Shown one piece after another: positions 27,536 through 41,560 of a stretch of 64,000 nt of DNA. How positions within the stretch are numbered: position 1 is the first letter of the stretch; every line of letters begins with the position of its first letter. The DNA comes from Camelus ferus. Taxonomy: Eukaryota. The position numbers and the translations under genes were made by a program. The notes beneath the pieces are model-generated. The model saw only the letters and a list, made by a program, of their open reading frames with translations. It was not told where the DNA came from and did no database searches. The stretch spans positions 71,178,001 through 71,242,000 of the forward strand of contig NC_045697.1 in assembly GCF_009834535.1 (NCBI RefSeq). The letters run 5' to 3'.

Positions 27536-30500
27536 TAAAAGGCAATTTAAAGAAATCTATTTTTAGTCTGTAATCATCTATTAGTCTACTACTTCTAAAC
27601 AATTATTTCTAAAAGGCACATATACAAGTAGTTATAAAATCACATACAAAGATACCAGAAAAAGTTCTAAACCATATTCCTTTATGTAAATAAGATCCAG
27701 ATACAGAAATTTGATGATTTCCATGCCCACAGAAGGGGTGCGCTATCTATTACATGCATTAGCAGTGTATACACACCTTACATATTGATACCCGCAATTC
27801 AAAGATCCAATACTATATGTCACATTTACACAAATACCTGAGTCCCAAGACAGCATACTAAGTGTGACTCCAAGATTCTCAGAAACATGAGAATAACTCA
27901 GTACTTGAACCCCAAGCAACCATATGACATTTCTCTGGCCTTCTCACATCTCTTTTCTGTACACCATTCCTCCTTCTTGGTCATTATCTCCTATCACCCC
28001 GGACACCTGGTATAATCATTCTATCTCATTATAAAAAAGAGTTTTCTCTTAAATTTCATCACTTATACCAATAAAAAAAAAAATCCCAATGTCCCAATCT
28101 GTTTATTTATTTGTTCCATGAATATTAATTGAACAAATCTGATTTGCTCTGCAGACTTTAAAGTACATATTTGCAGATTATTTGATTAAGTTAACATATT
28201 AATGGACAGATTATGGTAACACTATGATTGAAATAAGAGCTCTAACACTTAATCCCCTACCCCACACTCACATTATTTCCAACGAATGAATCAGTCTTAT
28301 GTCACATCAGCATGTAAATGTAAAAGAAGAGGGGAAAAGAGAGCACCTCTCCCTTAGGATCCACCTGAGAAAAGAGAAACCAACTCCAGTTTTCTCGGTG
28401 GGGATGTGGCCAAGACATACCCTAGAAAATTATACAGTACAGGCTGTCACTTTTTTCGCCATTGTCACCCTTTGCCCCCACCCCCCAATCTGTAACCATT
28501 CAACTTAACTTCTACAGTAACTTGGAGGTAGAGTTGTATCATACCCATGCCAGATAAAATAAAAAAATCATCCTCTCTTTCAAGATACATATCCAAACTG
28601 CCCCATGAGTCAATCTCCTCCAACTCCCAGTAGAGTTGGTTCTTCTAGTTACAGTTTAGCAAATTGTACTAAAGACACTGGTTTTCATATCTGCCTGAAT
28701 CACTAAAACTGTATTGCATTGAACATTTTTAAAAAGCAAGAGTCACTGATTTGGTGATTATGCTAGACAGCAAACTTTCTTCTACAGCAAACTCCAAAAT
28801 GCCCAAAATGTTAATTACCATAATAGTTAATGCTCACAGTTCTTGGCAAGGTCTCTATGAATAAAGATTAAAAATATAATTTGTATCCAAAAGGAAAAGC
28901 ATGCCCTCATACAACTAGAAAACTGGAACAGTGTTCAACGACATTCATACAGAAATGATCAGAAAGAACACTGTCTAAATGGCCTTCACTTGGTAAATTT
29001 AGTAAGATAAATCAGTAAGTATTAATTGACCATTTCCTCAGTTAGGCTAGCTTAAATATGGAGTCTGGCCCTTGGCAAGTTTTGCTCCCACAGGCCCTAT
29101 GATTGTCATAAAAATTTTCATTTAGTCTCTCAACCAGCATTTAATGACCTTAGCTTATTTCTGTCTCTAAAATATACCATTCTTGAAGATGAACCCTGTG
29201 TCCAATTAATCTTTGTATTTTCCATCATGCAAAATACAGAGCCTTATATGTAATTACAGGAAATGAGCCATATGGGAATGAAGAAATCCTTCCACTCCAC
29301 AATACCATAAACATAAAAAGCATCAGAAAATTAAAAAAAAAAAAAAAAAAAAAGCTTGAGTCCCAGGATCAAGGTGTAAAGTTGTACAGGAAGGTGTTTC
29401 TTTCACTTTTTTTCTTTGAGGAGCCAGAAACCTTTAAATTTTGCAAATTTGAAGTCACTGAAATGGAAAAACCTATCCCTCGGGACTTCTGATTTTGGGG
29501 GATAGCCCCATCACCCTGCCCTAACCCACCACAAAGCCCCCTTCAGAGGCCTATCCTCTAAGATGTCTCTTACAGCAAACCTCTCAAACATCCGCCTTTA
29601 CATCCCTGATCCAAACACCCATTTCCCCAATATCTAGTAACAAATAATCCAAGGTACTTATGTTAATACCTGCAAATTGTGGAGGCAGAATATAATGCTC
29701 TGTTTAAAAAAAAAAAAAGATGGGGAGGGAATGTCAACAATTTAAAAAGACTGGCACTCTGGGGAAGGAGAATCAGCACGTATATTTAATTGATTTCCAA
29801 TTTGACACCCTTCCGTCTTTCCTCCCCAGCTCAGTAAATAATCCGGATTCCCATTTCACCAGAAAGCAGACATTCTCTATTGTCATAGTTATTTTTAAAA
29901 AGACAAAAAAATATAATGTTTTCATGCTATGTTGGCTGTTTTTAGGTGAAAATTTATTTCATTTTTCAGTTATTACATTTTTCAGTACAACATAAATAGT
30001 TCACCTAGCACTTAGGAAATGTGAAGCCCTACACTAGAAAGACAGAAATAGAGACAGAAAACAAAAGTAAGACAGATTCCCTTCCCCAGTATTTTATCAA
30101 ATTTATCATATTCATAATATCAATTTTAATTTAAAATTAGTAAGAAAAACAATTCTTATTAGTAACTAAAAGTGACTGATTTCTGCAAAATATAAGAAGC
30201 AATCTCTTTTTTAAATGTTAATCTTCTGAGGGTAAAAGTAAAATGTTAAAAATTTAAATTGAAGATGTATTGATTCTTGCTTCTCTTTCCTCTCCTTTTA
30301 TAGCTTACACTTTTGTACGGTGCCACCTGTGTTTAGTTACTTTGTCCAACAGTGCACAGACACAATGCAAGTGTGCTCAGTGTGCTCTTTTGTTTTGTTA
30401 CTGTAATCACTGCAGATACTATGCTAATGTTACTTTTTCATAAGGAAATCATAAAATATTCTTCAAATCTACTTTACTATTTACCTTTCTTTTCCTCCTC

Positions 30501-31479
30501 CCTTTTTTAAAGAAGGATAACCAATCATTTAACATCATTTTCCTCTCTCTTTTGTCCACACTATGGTCACTGAATTGGGTAAAACAATTGGTGAAGTACC
30601 AATATGTCTAACAATTTACATTCTTTTCTGCCCTTGGTACTGATCTTCTATTCAACACTCTCACAATATCAAGAGTTTTATTGAAAACATGTATTAAGAA
30701 TTTTAACAAAGGTACACACATGGATTCTTAATAGAGATTTGTTATTAGCCCAATATGGACACTGGATTATTTTGATATCAAACCCAAGTCAGAATCGACA
30801 GAGTTAACTTTTTAAAAATCATCTCATGTCAGAAGAGTTTCACACCAACCAGGAAAAAGGATGTTATCTTTCAGGTTACAATATAAAAGTCAGCAGTGCA
30901 CAATCTCAGCTATTGTTCACTCTGGCAAATCACCACTGGCTGGGTGATTTACAACAGGTTGGTAATTATATAATGGCACATAAACATTGCTAGAAATTTC
31001 AAATGACCACCTGCTAGAAGTGGAACCACATGTGCTGTAAAAGTAGAGCAATCATGATCACTGGCCGACTCCAAAGGCAAATATTTGGCTAGTAAGGCTG
31101 CCTGTTCACTAGTGTTAGTATTCACTGATATCAAATAAACCATATCCACAACAGCAATTTCCATTTAAATGACTGTTAAGAAGTCTGACGAAGTTAAACT
31201 GAGATATGATGATTGCAGAATTTTAATGACGGAAGGAGTCAATAGACCTGTTATGAAACAGCTGTGTGTGTTGAGAATGTTTGCCAGTGGGATTGGCTGG
31301 CCCCACGAGCAATGGCAATCTCAGGGTTGTGTCCCAGGGCAGAAGATTAAATCATAGAGAGGGAGACAGGGTGGACCAAGGGATATTGGCATTTATCACT
31401 TGTCTACTACTAAATAAAGTGCTGAACCAGATACTTCCAAGTATTGTATTAATTAATGAGTATTCTCATTAATGCTATA

Positions 31480-31620
31480 ATTTTATCGTTGCTATGTTTT
31501 TCACACATGAAGAAACAGAAGCTGTAAAAGATTAATTTTTCCAGGGCCACTCAAGTGGAAAGGGGTAAGATCTGAATCTAAATACTTGTGATTACAGAAC
31601 CCATCCTAGCCCGGCTGTGT
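31480..31620 (-). mobile_element. MIR fragment
   Basis: 'catgaagaaacagaagct...ccagggccactca..gatctgaatcta'. Confidence 0.55.
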
Positions 31621-31989
31621 ACCCTTTGTACCCTTCCACAGAGGTCACTTACTTTTTCTGAGACTCAGTTTCCACGTCTTTACAAAGAGTTCTAAAAAAA
31701 ACTTTCATGTTATTATTTATTCCTGATTCTTTTAGTTTGTTGTCTTCTTTCTTATGCCTTTATAAATGCAAGGGGTAGGGGGCAGGCTGCTTAATAGAGA
31801 GAGGATATATTAATGTTCCAAAGGGAAGCACACTACAGAAACAGGTTGGCTGACTACCTTCACCCCAAGCTGGAGAGACAGATGTCTCCAACTGCACATC
31901 GAAGACATCTGGTCACTGCTCCAGGTTTAGTGTCTAAATCTGAAGATCATCAGCCATTTTATTTGACATTTAGAATCCAGTTATAAGTT

Positions 31990-32190
31990 TACTGTGAAGC
32001 CCACAGTTATTCCTTGTGGGCTGTGTTACTTCACCTATAGTGTGCAAATCAGGGAATAGTGTTTTAATACATAAACTGTATTTATCACATTGGGTTGTTC
32101 TAATAATTAAATGAATCAATAATGTCAAATACACAGAACGGTGTCTGGGATGCAGCACGATCTATAAAATACTACCTATTTTTGTTATAA
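31990..32190 (+). mobile_element. MIR fragment
   Basis: 'gtgtgcaaatcagggaata...gggttgttctaataattaaatgaatcaataatg...acggtgtctgg'. Confidence 0.6.
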
Positions 32191-35100
32191 TGTACCACTT
32201 TATCCATGAAATATCCAGAACATTACATAATTCTGATAGACAGTATTAGTGGCTGTGTAAAAGGATTCATGCTTAATCATACTTTTCATTAGTTTATTTT
32301 TGGTCTAAGAACATGAATTACTGATTATGCATTATTTGTATTTAGAATGTATCCAGGAACATTTTCAATTTTTCTTCTCTATCTTCTATCTTGAAAATGC
32401 AGAATGTATTATCATTGTTACCCAAAATAACAATAATTCTTCTTAAAATTATGTAAACAAAACAGTGTTCAAAACAAATTTATTAATGTTATGGCCTACT
32501 TATCAAAAGTCAGGGAAGCTTAAAAATTGCCTAAGGGCAATCGGTATTCAATACATATTTACTGTAAGAACAAATGAATATATGAATGAACAAATAATTC
32601 TTTAGTAGTGAAGCATTCAAAACAATACAAAAATCAACTAGAAAAGCAAAACCCCAACTTTGATCAAGAACATTAAATCAGAAGTAGAAATACTAAATTC
32701 TCACACATTCACTGATAGGAAAAAAAGCATGGTAGAATATAGTAGCTATGGAAAATTTCACAAAACTTTAAAGAAAGTGGATATTGTAGAAGATACTTAA
32801 GGAACTATACAAATGGATTCTCACTGAACTGAAGGAACCATAGTCTACACCTCCACAGGCGACTTGCCCAAATTTTCCGATGAAACAGCGAACCCCCAGC
32901 AAGCAAAAGAAACCGAAAAGTGTGTCACAGGGCTGAGCACTGCCCACAGGTAAGTCTTCCTCTTGGATGAGAAGGTACTCTGCATGTTCCCTCAAATCTA
33001 TCAATGTTTCAGACGCTGACTTTCCAGGTGGAAACAGCAGACACCATCTAAATTCCCCTGCTTTGATGGGAAAGCTGCGATTCTGACACACCACCGTAAG
33101 TATCTCTCTCCTTGGGGACCTTCCCTGGAACTTTGTCTCTGTCTTATTCGCCTGCTGTTGGGCCAGACCATCCCTCTGTCACCTACTCATTTCCAGGTCT
33201 CCTCTTATCCCTCTCCCCAAAACATCACAGTGGGCTTTCCTTTGATTAAAAACAAGCAAACAAAACAACAAACTACGAAAGGAGAGAGCTTAGCTCTTCT
33301 CTCCGGCTTGGCAATGAAGTCAAGAAAGTTGCCTTTCATGAAAGAAATTAAATCCCTGGGAAATTAAATGTCTCTGAGAAGAAACCAGACAAGCATAGTG
33401 TTGATTATGAAAACCCAACAAACCCCTCCCAATCAGGGCTGCCAGCCGGGTCCTCGCAGTGCTGACGGGAGCACCGTGCAGCCCAGAGTCAGAAGACCTG
33501 GCGTCTGAGTTGTCAGCTGACCCCACACAGAGATCAGATTACTCCTCTTAATCTCTGCTCTGGGTTTCCCCCGCTGCCAAAAACAGGAACCAGAGGTTTT
33601 CTTCGGTTTATATTTAAATTTTTTAAATTTCTTTTAACACTTCCTTCTCTTTACACTGGGGAACACAAGGCTACAAGTACTGTCGCCTCTTCTGTATCAT
33701 GGCTCTCCACCACCACACATGCCAACTGTTTCCTCTCATGTGTCTTTGAGATAAACTCAGTTTTGAAAACTAGTCAGAACACGGGTCAGAACAGAACCCA
33801 ACTGTTAAGAACCTTACTGCTGAGCATTTCCCTTCCCATTTCATGGTCTCCTCCTTCCTCTTCCGCTTGACAGGTAGGCTATCACTCGCGTGACAAACCT
33901 CCACAATAAGCCTGGACACCACGCTGACCAGGATCACCAGGGAGGTCAATAAACCCCTGCAACTTCAATCCCCCTCCCCTCCCATAGACCTGTCCCCACA
34001 GTGCAGACCATGTCCCTATAGCCAAAGGATTGTTACACCAGGTAAGAATTTTCTTTCATGAGAGCTGAAAAAAAAATGTATCTGAGTTAAGAAATGAACT
34101 CATCTGAGTGTATCTGAGAGGATATAAAAGTAACCTGGTTAGGATTCTAAAGCGCATCATTATGTTGCCAGATTTCTTCCCAATGCTACATTGAGACCAT
34201 GTTCATAATACTTATAAATTTTGAAAGGTGTTTTAGATTCCTTGGATTAAAAAAACCAACCATACCACCCTAAAAGATGCTGACTTTTTATCAGGGCAGT
34301 ACATCTAGACAAACTGAAGTATGTGAATCCTCTGTCATATGCTCCTTCTCTGAGATGCGTGCATCCTGTAGAACCTACTACTCTGTTAGCCTCATGTCCT
34401 TCTGAAATACTGTGATTCACACAACCCGTTTCCAAAATATATGCTAATAAAATGCTAAGAGCTGTCAAGGCATAAAGCATTTAAGAAATTTCCTGACCAA
34501 TTTTAATACCAATTACTCTTTCCTTTCAAAGCAGAAACTGCTGCTTTCAGCCTCAGCCAATTTTAGCTAGACGGCCAGTTCAAAAAGCATTATTGTAAAA
34601 ATGGCAGCTTTACTGATGCTGTTTTCTCATAGTGACTCATCTTCTGCTGCCCAGGCTCCTGAAGACAGGGCAAATCATACTGACAAGAAAGGTGCAAATC
34701 TGCTACACTAATAAAGATCTTAGCATCATGGGATTTCATGCTGTCTCTAAATTTCCCCTTAGATAATTCTGAGATGACAAAGAAAGTGTAGGGGGTGTGT
34801 GCAGGTGTGCGTGCGTGTGTGTGGTATTAGAAACGCAGTAAATTAAAACTTTCTTAATATGCTGGCTTCCTTTCTGGTCTTACAGAGCACTTCATAATCT
34901 GAAAAGAAAAAAAGAGGGAATTCAAAGTCTAATAAAAATTTAAATGACCTAATAAACCCATTCCTCTAATAGCATATCTGATTTCCCTGGAAATCTTTTA
35001 CTTTGTTAGTGCTATTGTGGTCCATATGGGACTACCTCAAATCTTTCTAGAATGACAGGTATGTCATCTAAATAATCTTTTATATTAGAACTTTCATCAA

Positions 35101-35589
35101 TAGAAGCAAGTTCTATTTCAACCATTAGGTATGAATCTGATCAGCCAAATTATTAACTAAAGAATGAACGGCAGCCACACACTGTAGCTTTCCGTATCTC
35201 TCTAAAATGTAAGCCCAAATTATCTGCTTCTTCCTCTGAAACCACAACCTCTCTCTGTTCATCTAAAGTAATCATTCTATAAACTGCCCTCTGACAGTCT
35301 TAGAATCATGTCTCAATTGCTGTCATCAGATAAATTATCCTCAGAAAAGATGTTAACTTCTGTTACTAATTAACACTGTCACCTACATTCTGATTATTCT
35401 TATCTAGAATGAGCTAGAAAGGAAGATCCATTAAAGTAACCACTTAATTACTTTCACTGTCCCAGGGACATATGAGATCTTAAAAGAAAGAAAGAAAATA
35501 AACAGACAGCTAAAAGTGTCACTTTCAGAGAGAAAGAATCAGCCAATAGCAAAGGAACGGAAGGTTTTAGCATACAGGCAAGAGAACAA

Positions 35590-35745
35590 CATTCTCACCA
35601 GCTTTTACTGAGTGTGCGCTATAGAGCAGTCTCTCACTGGACACTTTATATATATGTTGTTTTAACTAATTTTCATCAGTACCTATATGAGTTGAGTACC
35701 ATTAATATCTCCAGTTTAGAGATAAGGAAGCTGAGGTCTGAGAAT
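35590..35745 (-). mobile_element. MIR fragment
   Basis: 'tttactgagtgtgcgctat...atctccagtttagagataaggaagctgaggtctgaga'. Confidence 0.7.
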
Positions 35746-36524
35746 TTTATTTTCTGCCTTTAAAGGTGTCAGCTGATCCCACTGAAAAGCACCGGCCAGA
35801 AATTTGCATATTGGTTTATAAATATTCAATTAACTACAGGCTCTACAAATTCCCAGACTAATTAAAGAATCATCATGAGCTTTCTCATACATTCTTCCAA
35901 AGACCACATTTTAAAAATACTTCAACTATGCATGTGTATTGTTAAACCCTACAAAAAAAAGCTATGAAGAGAAAGAATCAAGCTGTAATGTTTATTCTCC
36001 CCAGAATTAAATTAATCTACTCTAACTACTTATAGCTTCCTATAGGATTAAAGTGTGAAATATTCAGGGAGGTTATTAACCTCGTTATATAGTAACAACA
36101 AAAAATGATTATCTAGGATTTTTCTAACAATTATTCAGTGAGTTAAACGTTGACCATAAGCTAAGGTAAAATATAGACTGATTTTTTAAACAGAACAGTT
36201 TTTATATTAAATTTTCTTTTTCTTTTAGTAGAAAAGGAGGCATTCACCAATCATGCTACATCTAACTAATAACCACTCTGCAAATAAGCAATGAAAGGCA
36301 ATGTTATCTGTATTTTATAGAAGCACTTTAAGTGAAGTCGGTAATAAGAGTACACACATACACCCAGGGCCTTCATATTTATCAGATTATAAAAATATTT
36401 CTAGACTGGGGTAGATTTAATTCATAATGCTAAGATACATTCCAATTAAAATACGCCCATATTAAGGGTATACATGACATTATATAAATTACTGAAGTCA
36501 TTAATTTCTATTTTTTCGGTTGAG

Positions 36525-36670
36525 TTTTTTTTTTTTAAGATTTCATTTTTTTTAGAGCGGTTTTAGGTTACAGCAAAATTGAGAAGGTACAGAGGTTTCC
36601 CATTACCCTTGGTCCACACACATGCATGGCCTCCCCCATTACCAACATGACTCACTAAAGTGATATACTT
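36525..36670 (-). mobile_element. L1MC-type LINE-1 3' end
   Basis: 'ttttagagcggttttaggttacagcaaaattgagaaggtacagaggtttccca...gcctcccccattaccaacat'. Confidence 0.8.
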
Positions 36671-36789
36671 AGCTGGATTTTTTTTTCGATGCAAAAACAG
36701 TATTTAGCTACACATAGATTCTTATATTTTCTTAATGTAATAATAAAAGTAGCTTGTTGTATTTTAAAGGCTAGTATGATTGCCTTATT

Positions 36790-36930
36790 CGAGCTCCTCA
36801 TCTTACAGAAAGGAAAATGAGGCAAAGGCAGATAAAGAAGTTGCTGAAAGTCACCATGTTAAGTGGTCCCTAAACATCTGAGACTACGATGCAGGTCTCC
36901 TGACTCTCATGGTTTTCATTTCCCGGGACC
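36790..36930 (-). mobile_element. MIR fragment
   Basis: 'catcttacagaaaggaaaatgaggc...aaagtcacca...caggtctcctgactc'. Confidence 0.6.
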
Positions 36931-37483
36931 ATAGCATGCTCCATAACTTTCAGCTATATATAATGCCTTCTAAGAGTAATTAGAAAAATGCAAATCAGGC
37001 TGATGTTGGCTACAACCATCCACCTGACCACCTTACTCCCACAGTTAGTGGGCTAGCTACTTCACTGAGAAGAAAATTTGCATTAAGATCTATGCCCATG
37101 GTTGACCCAGTGGCCCTGGTATGCTCTCTTAGGCAGTGCGGGTTCACAGGACCCGGAAGGGAGGAGAGTGTGCTGGAAAGCAAAAAACTGGAGAGACAGA
37201 GGGCTAAAAACATGCCATCATAATCCACAGCAAACAGGAAGTCAATGCACGAATGATGCGCCACACACGCACTGGGTGTATGCTATGTTTGCACCTGGGA
37301 AAATACATTTAAGCTGGAGACTTATATCTCATGTTCTTAGGATGTTTTCATTTTCTTCAGCTCTCAATCTCATTATGCAAAATCCCGGGGCAAGTATATA
37401 TCACTAAGCAATAGCTATGGCACAGTATGTGGGAATACCCAATCTTCTACCCATCTCAAAAAATCTTTGGTAAATGACTTAAC

Positions 37484-37612
37484 TAGTAGCCCTTAACCCT
37501 GGCTGAACATTCAAATTATCTGAGGAACTTATACAACAGACTAATGCCTGGACCCCATCCCAGATCAATTACATCAGAATTTCTAAGAGCAAGGTCTAGG
37601 CATTAGCATCAT
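37484..37612. mobile_element. hAT-Charlie MITE fragment (MER5A-like)
   Basis: 'cttaaccctggctgaacattcaaattatctgaggaactt...aatgcctggaccccatcccagatcaattacatcagaatttct'. Confidence 0.75.
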
Positions 37613-38896
37613 TCTTATCTCTGTTATGCCAACATACATGTTACATCTCATTCAATGATTCAAACAACAAACAAATGTTTTTGAACCCCTCCTTTATAGG
37701 GGGCAATATGATAGGCATCAAGAATTTTTTTAAAAAAGACTGATAAGATATGTTTCTTACCTTCAAGGAGGGGAGCTTTCTAAAATTCCGGCTTCTTATT
37801 TTCCACTGTTAACTTAACATTTCTACTTTGGGTTTTATTTTTTGTTTTTTGTTTTTGCCATGATTAACTGCAAAATCCTAATACATTCCCCACCGCACCC
37901 CCCATATACACACATAAAGGTCAGAGCCCCTTGCTCAGCACTACAAACACTTCTCCAGACTGACAAAGACCCATTAATTAAATGGTCAGTTCCTTTGTTC
38001 AAACAGGGAAAAATCCATTTAACCACACCATCATCTAACCCACTTCAGCTTTATTGTATATTGTGTCCATTAAGGTACCATTTAAGGGTTTCATAAAAGT
38101 GGAACAGAAATTGAGATGCTATGCGTATCTGCTCACTCTTCTCACTTTACCAAATTACTGAGTGAGGTCAGTTGGGTTGACACAGAAAACGCTGAAGAGA
38201 GTATTTTAATTGATATGACACAACAATTGCTGGGTAGAGGCTCCATTCAACGTTGTCCGTCCGCACGATTATCTTAACGTACAGATCCTCTTAGTAATTA
38301 GCAATTTTTCCCTTAAGTACAGACTTTGAAACAGGCAGAAAAATGTAATATACCTTCACATAAACTATTTTATTTATATTAAATAAGTCAAATAAAGCAT
38401 AAATCTCTTTTCATTTCTTTTGTCCATATAATAAGCTCCTGCAAAGGAAGTACTATTTCTGTTTCTCTCTCTCTTTTTAAAAGACCTAATACTTGATTAG
38501 TAACTGGAAAGTTACTATAGTTCACAATTACATTTGAATTTTTGGAGTTTTTAATGTCAATAGGTATTGAGTTTTTTTAATCTTTAAAACAAAAACTGAA
38601 ATGACTTCTGAGGGCTATGAAGGAGAGAAAAAAAATTTCTTTTTGAACTTTCTTCAAGAACTACTTTTTGGCAACCAGCAGGCAATTACTATTTAACATA
38701 CAGAAAAATGCACAATGTACAAATGCACATAAAATTCAGTTTTATTGTTCCAACCTTTGTCCCTCAGTTTCAGAGTTAATCTAGATTCTAAATACCCAGC
38801 TGCACAAGCTAGCAGACCAAAGACCCACAAATTCTCCCAATGGTTTGTCACATAAAATAATCATTAAACAAACATCTCATTTAATCACCTAAGGAA

Positions 38897-39155
38897 GAGT
38901 AGCCAACTCAAATACCTACAGGAGCCGGGGCGGGGCAGGCGGAGCAACTGAATGTGAACATGGAGGGAAGAGGGGATACAGGAGGTAAGGTTGAGTTCTG
39001 ACAATAATGCCCTTACTAAATGAAAGGGGCTATGAAAAGTCAGATTTTATGTGAAAACTTCTAAATCCTGCATGTTGAATATTCAGGCAAACTATTTATA
39101 TCTCTTTGTAGGCCAAATAATTCTCTCTGAGCTGGGAGGTAGGTTCCACCTTTGA
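38897..39155. mobile_element. hAT-Charlie remnant (MER103-like)
   Basis: Begins 'gagtagccaactcaaatacctacaggagcc..gcagg' and ends near 'tttgtaggccaaa'. Confidence 0.55.
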
Positions 39156-41119
39156 TCTAGATGATAAAAAGAAAGATAATTCAATAGAGGAACAAAAAAT
39201 TTATATGACCACTGTTTTCCATAAGCATTCCACTGACTTTTGTTTTCTTGTAGAGTCTACATCTGTCAACCCAGGGACAGAAACACTTAAGAGTCTGCTT
39301 TCTTCAAGATAGCAAAGTATTTCATCTTGAGCTTTTCTAACTAATTTGATCTGAACCCCCAAGAATGGTCTAACAAATATACAACACAGGCAAAAAGAAG
39401 ACAATTGTTTTTTCTTTTTTGATGAATGGTGGTGATTCAGGGAATGGATAACTGAACATGAATCACTCGGAAATACACACATAAATATAAACAGTGAGTT
39501 TTGCTCACTCACGCTCTCTCCCTGTTTTTGTCAACATTCTGGGGCAGAAGCTGAATGAAAAGTAAGAGGAGGTTACAATCACAGAAGATTAGCAACAGAT
39601 ACACAAACATTGCCTCAAACCAAACATAATCCATTTAACATGACTCCAGAAGAATAAAACGCAACTATCTGACAAAATTTATTGGTCATTTGCTCATAGG
39701 ATAGAGAAGGACTTAATTATATAATAATTATGTAACAAGGTGAATAAATCAAGGAAAGTGACACAAATATCTCTACAGTGATAAAATCTGCATGTTCTAC
39801 CTGGAAAAAAAATTATATTTTTACCAATGTATTTGTGACAGCACACTGGAGGGAACATAGAATTTACATGTTACCTCTGCCTGTGGGTGAATTACTGTTA
39901 CATGTACAAAGAGAAAGTGGAATTATTTTACACTTCAACAAGTCTACTTTTTTACCAAGTACCTTAGATAGAATAAAAACTGATTATTCCACACTGTTTT
40001 TTAAAGCTTCTTACCTCTTCCCATTCACCCTACTTTTCACCAAAACTCTGTATTTTCTTTCATCAGTCCCCATACTGTTCTTTCTCTCCTTAAACTATCA
40101 CATATGTAAAATCGTTAATAACTAAAAGGAAGAAAATAATACCAGTTACATATATCCCTAGACTTTTATGATTTATATGCAGTATCAAAAGTGTTTTAAA
40201 AAGCAAATACAATTATAAGGTAAATATGAGTTTTCAATAAAGTTATTAAATTCAGATATAGTCCTGGCTATGTGATAGTTACCAATATATTATAAAAATT
40301 AGTTTAACTATTATAAATTGAGTGACTAATGTCTCTCCTTTAAAACCATGTGTTATTAGCTCAGTCTATACAAACCATAGCTTAAGGACAAAATTAAAAA
40401 CCTGTAACTAAGAATTACCAAAAGAAAAATCTCAAAGAAAAGTCAAGGTTGGGAATAACATGAACAGACTCTTGAGAGGATATGATTAGAAATAAGAGTA
40501 AGTCCACCATGAAGTCTTTCAATTGAACCTGAGTCCAACCAGTGAAAGGACTTTAAATTTGGGGTAATTGGTACCAAACACAAACATGTTCAGAGAAGAA
40601 AGGTAAGAATTCTGAAAGGAGAAAACCGATACCAAATGCTGAACGATCATTTGTTACAGATGTTGTCTTCTCTTATCTACAGATTCTGACCAACCAACTC
40701 TTTTCTTCCTTCTTAAGTAAGTCAAATGCTGTCGAACACAAGACACCCAATGCCCCATATTACACCCTTGGCTGTCCTTTTCACACTACTGATGAGGCTA
40801 CAATATGAGGTCAGAAGATACCTTCTGACCAATCTGCCTCTGCCCTGGGGCTTCACCGGTTACCTAGGAATGGATAATATGTATGCATGTAAATTTCCAC
40901 ACCCACATACCGAGTGCAAGGGCTCTATAAAATGGAACCCAGTTGCCTGTTAGAAAAAGAAATATTAGTGGATAAGTCACATACTGCACAGAATCCACAT
41001 TCAATATAGGCTAAGTTAACAGCACTTAAAAGTTGAATAAAATTCTACCTCTGTTAAACCAAAAGGTTTTCAGAAGTCAGTGTAATACATAATATGTGTG
41101 AATCTCCATAAATGTGAAT

Positions 41120-41560
41120 ATTCAATCAATCAATATCTATTCAGGACCTAGGAAGTGCATTATGTACTTGAGATTACAATGCCCTTGTGCTTCAGGTGTT
41201 CATCATCTAGTGGGAACGACATGTAATCAAACAATCACAGTACAGAAACTGTGCACAGCGTCTGCTTTGAGGGCAGAAGCATAAGGAAGTACTTGAAGCC
41301 CACGCTCCGCTAAGACTGGAGGAGGAAGGTATAAAGGGATCTGAGGAATGGTTTCTAAAAGAGGTGACATCTAATCTAGTAATCCAGCAAAGAGGTGGAA
41401 GGAGGCGGGCTCTAGGCAGATGAAATCCCATGTGCAAAAGACTCTGAAGCAACAGTGAGTCTGCTGGAAAAGCAAACAGGGACCCAGAAATAGAGAGAGC
41501 TTGGACTCTGTCCTTTAAAAGGGAAACTGAAAGATTTTAAGCAAAAGAATAACATGCAAG
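41120..41560 (-). mobile_element. L2 fragment
   Basis: 'ttcaatcaatcaatatctatt...', 'tttctaaaagaggtgacatctaatct', 'actgaaagattttaagcaaaagaataacatg'. Confidence 0.75.

Noticed and set aside
32768..33094. 108-aa - strand ORF
   Set aside because: No recognisable homology, non-ATG start and no fitting - strand splice sites.
38235..38262. Resemblance of 'cattcaacgttgtccgt' to mature miR-181a
   Set aside because: The 5' end and seed differ, the 3' end diverges and I see no complementary arm to form a pre-miRNA hairpin.
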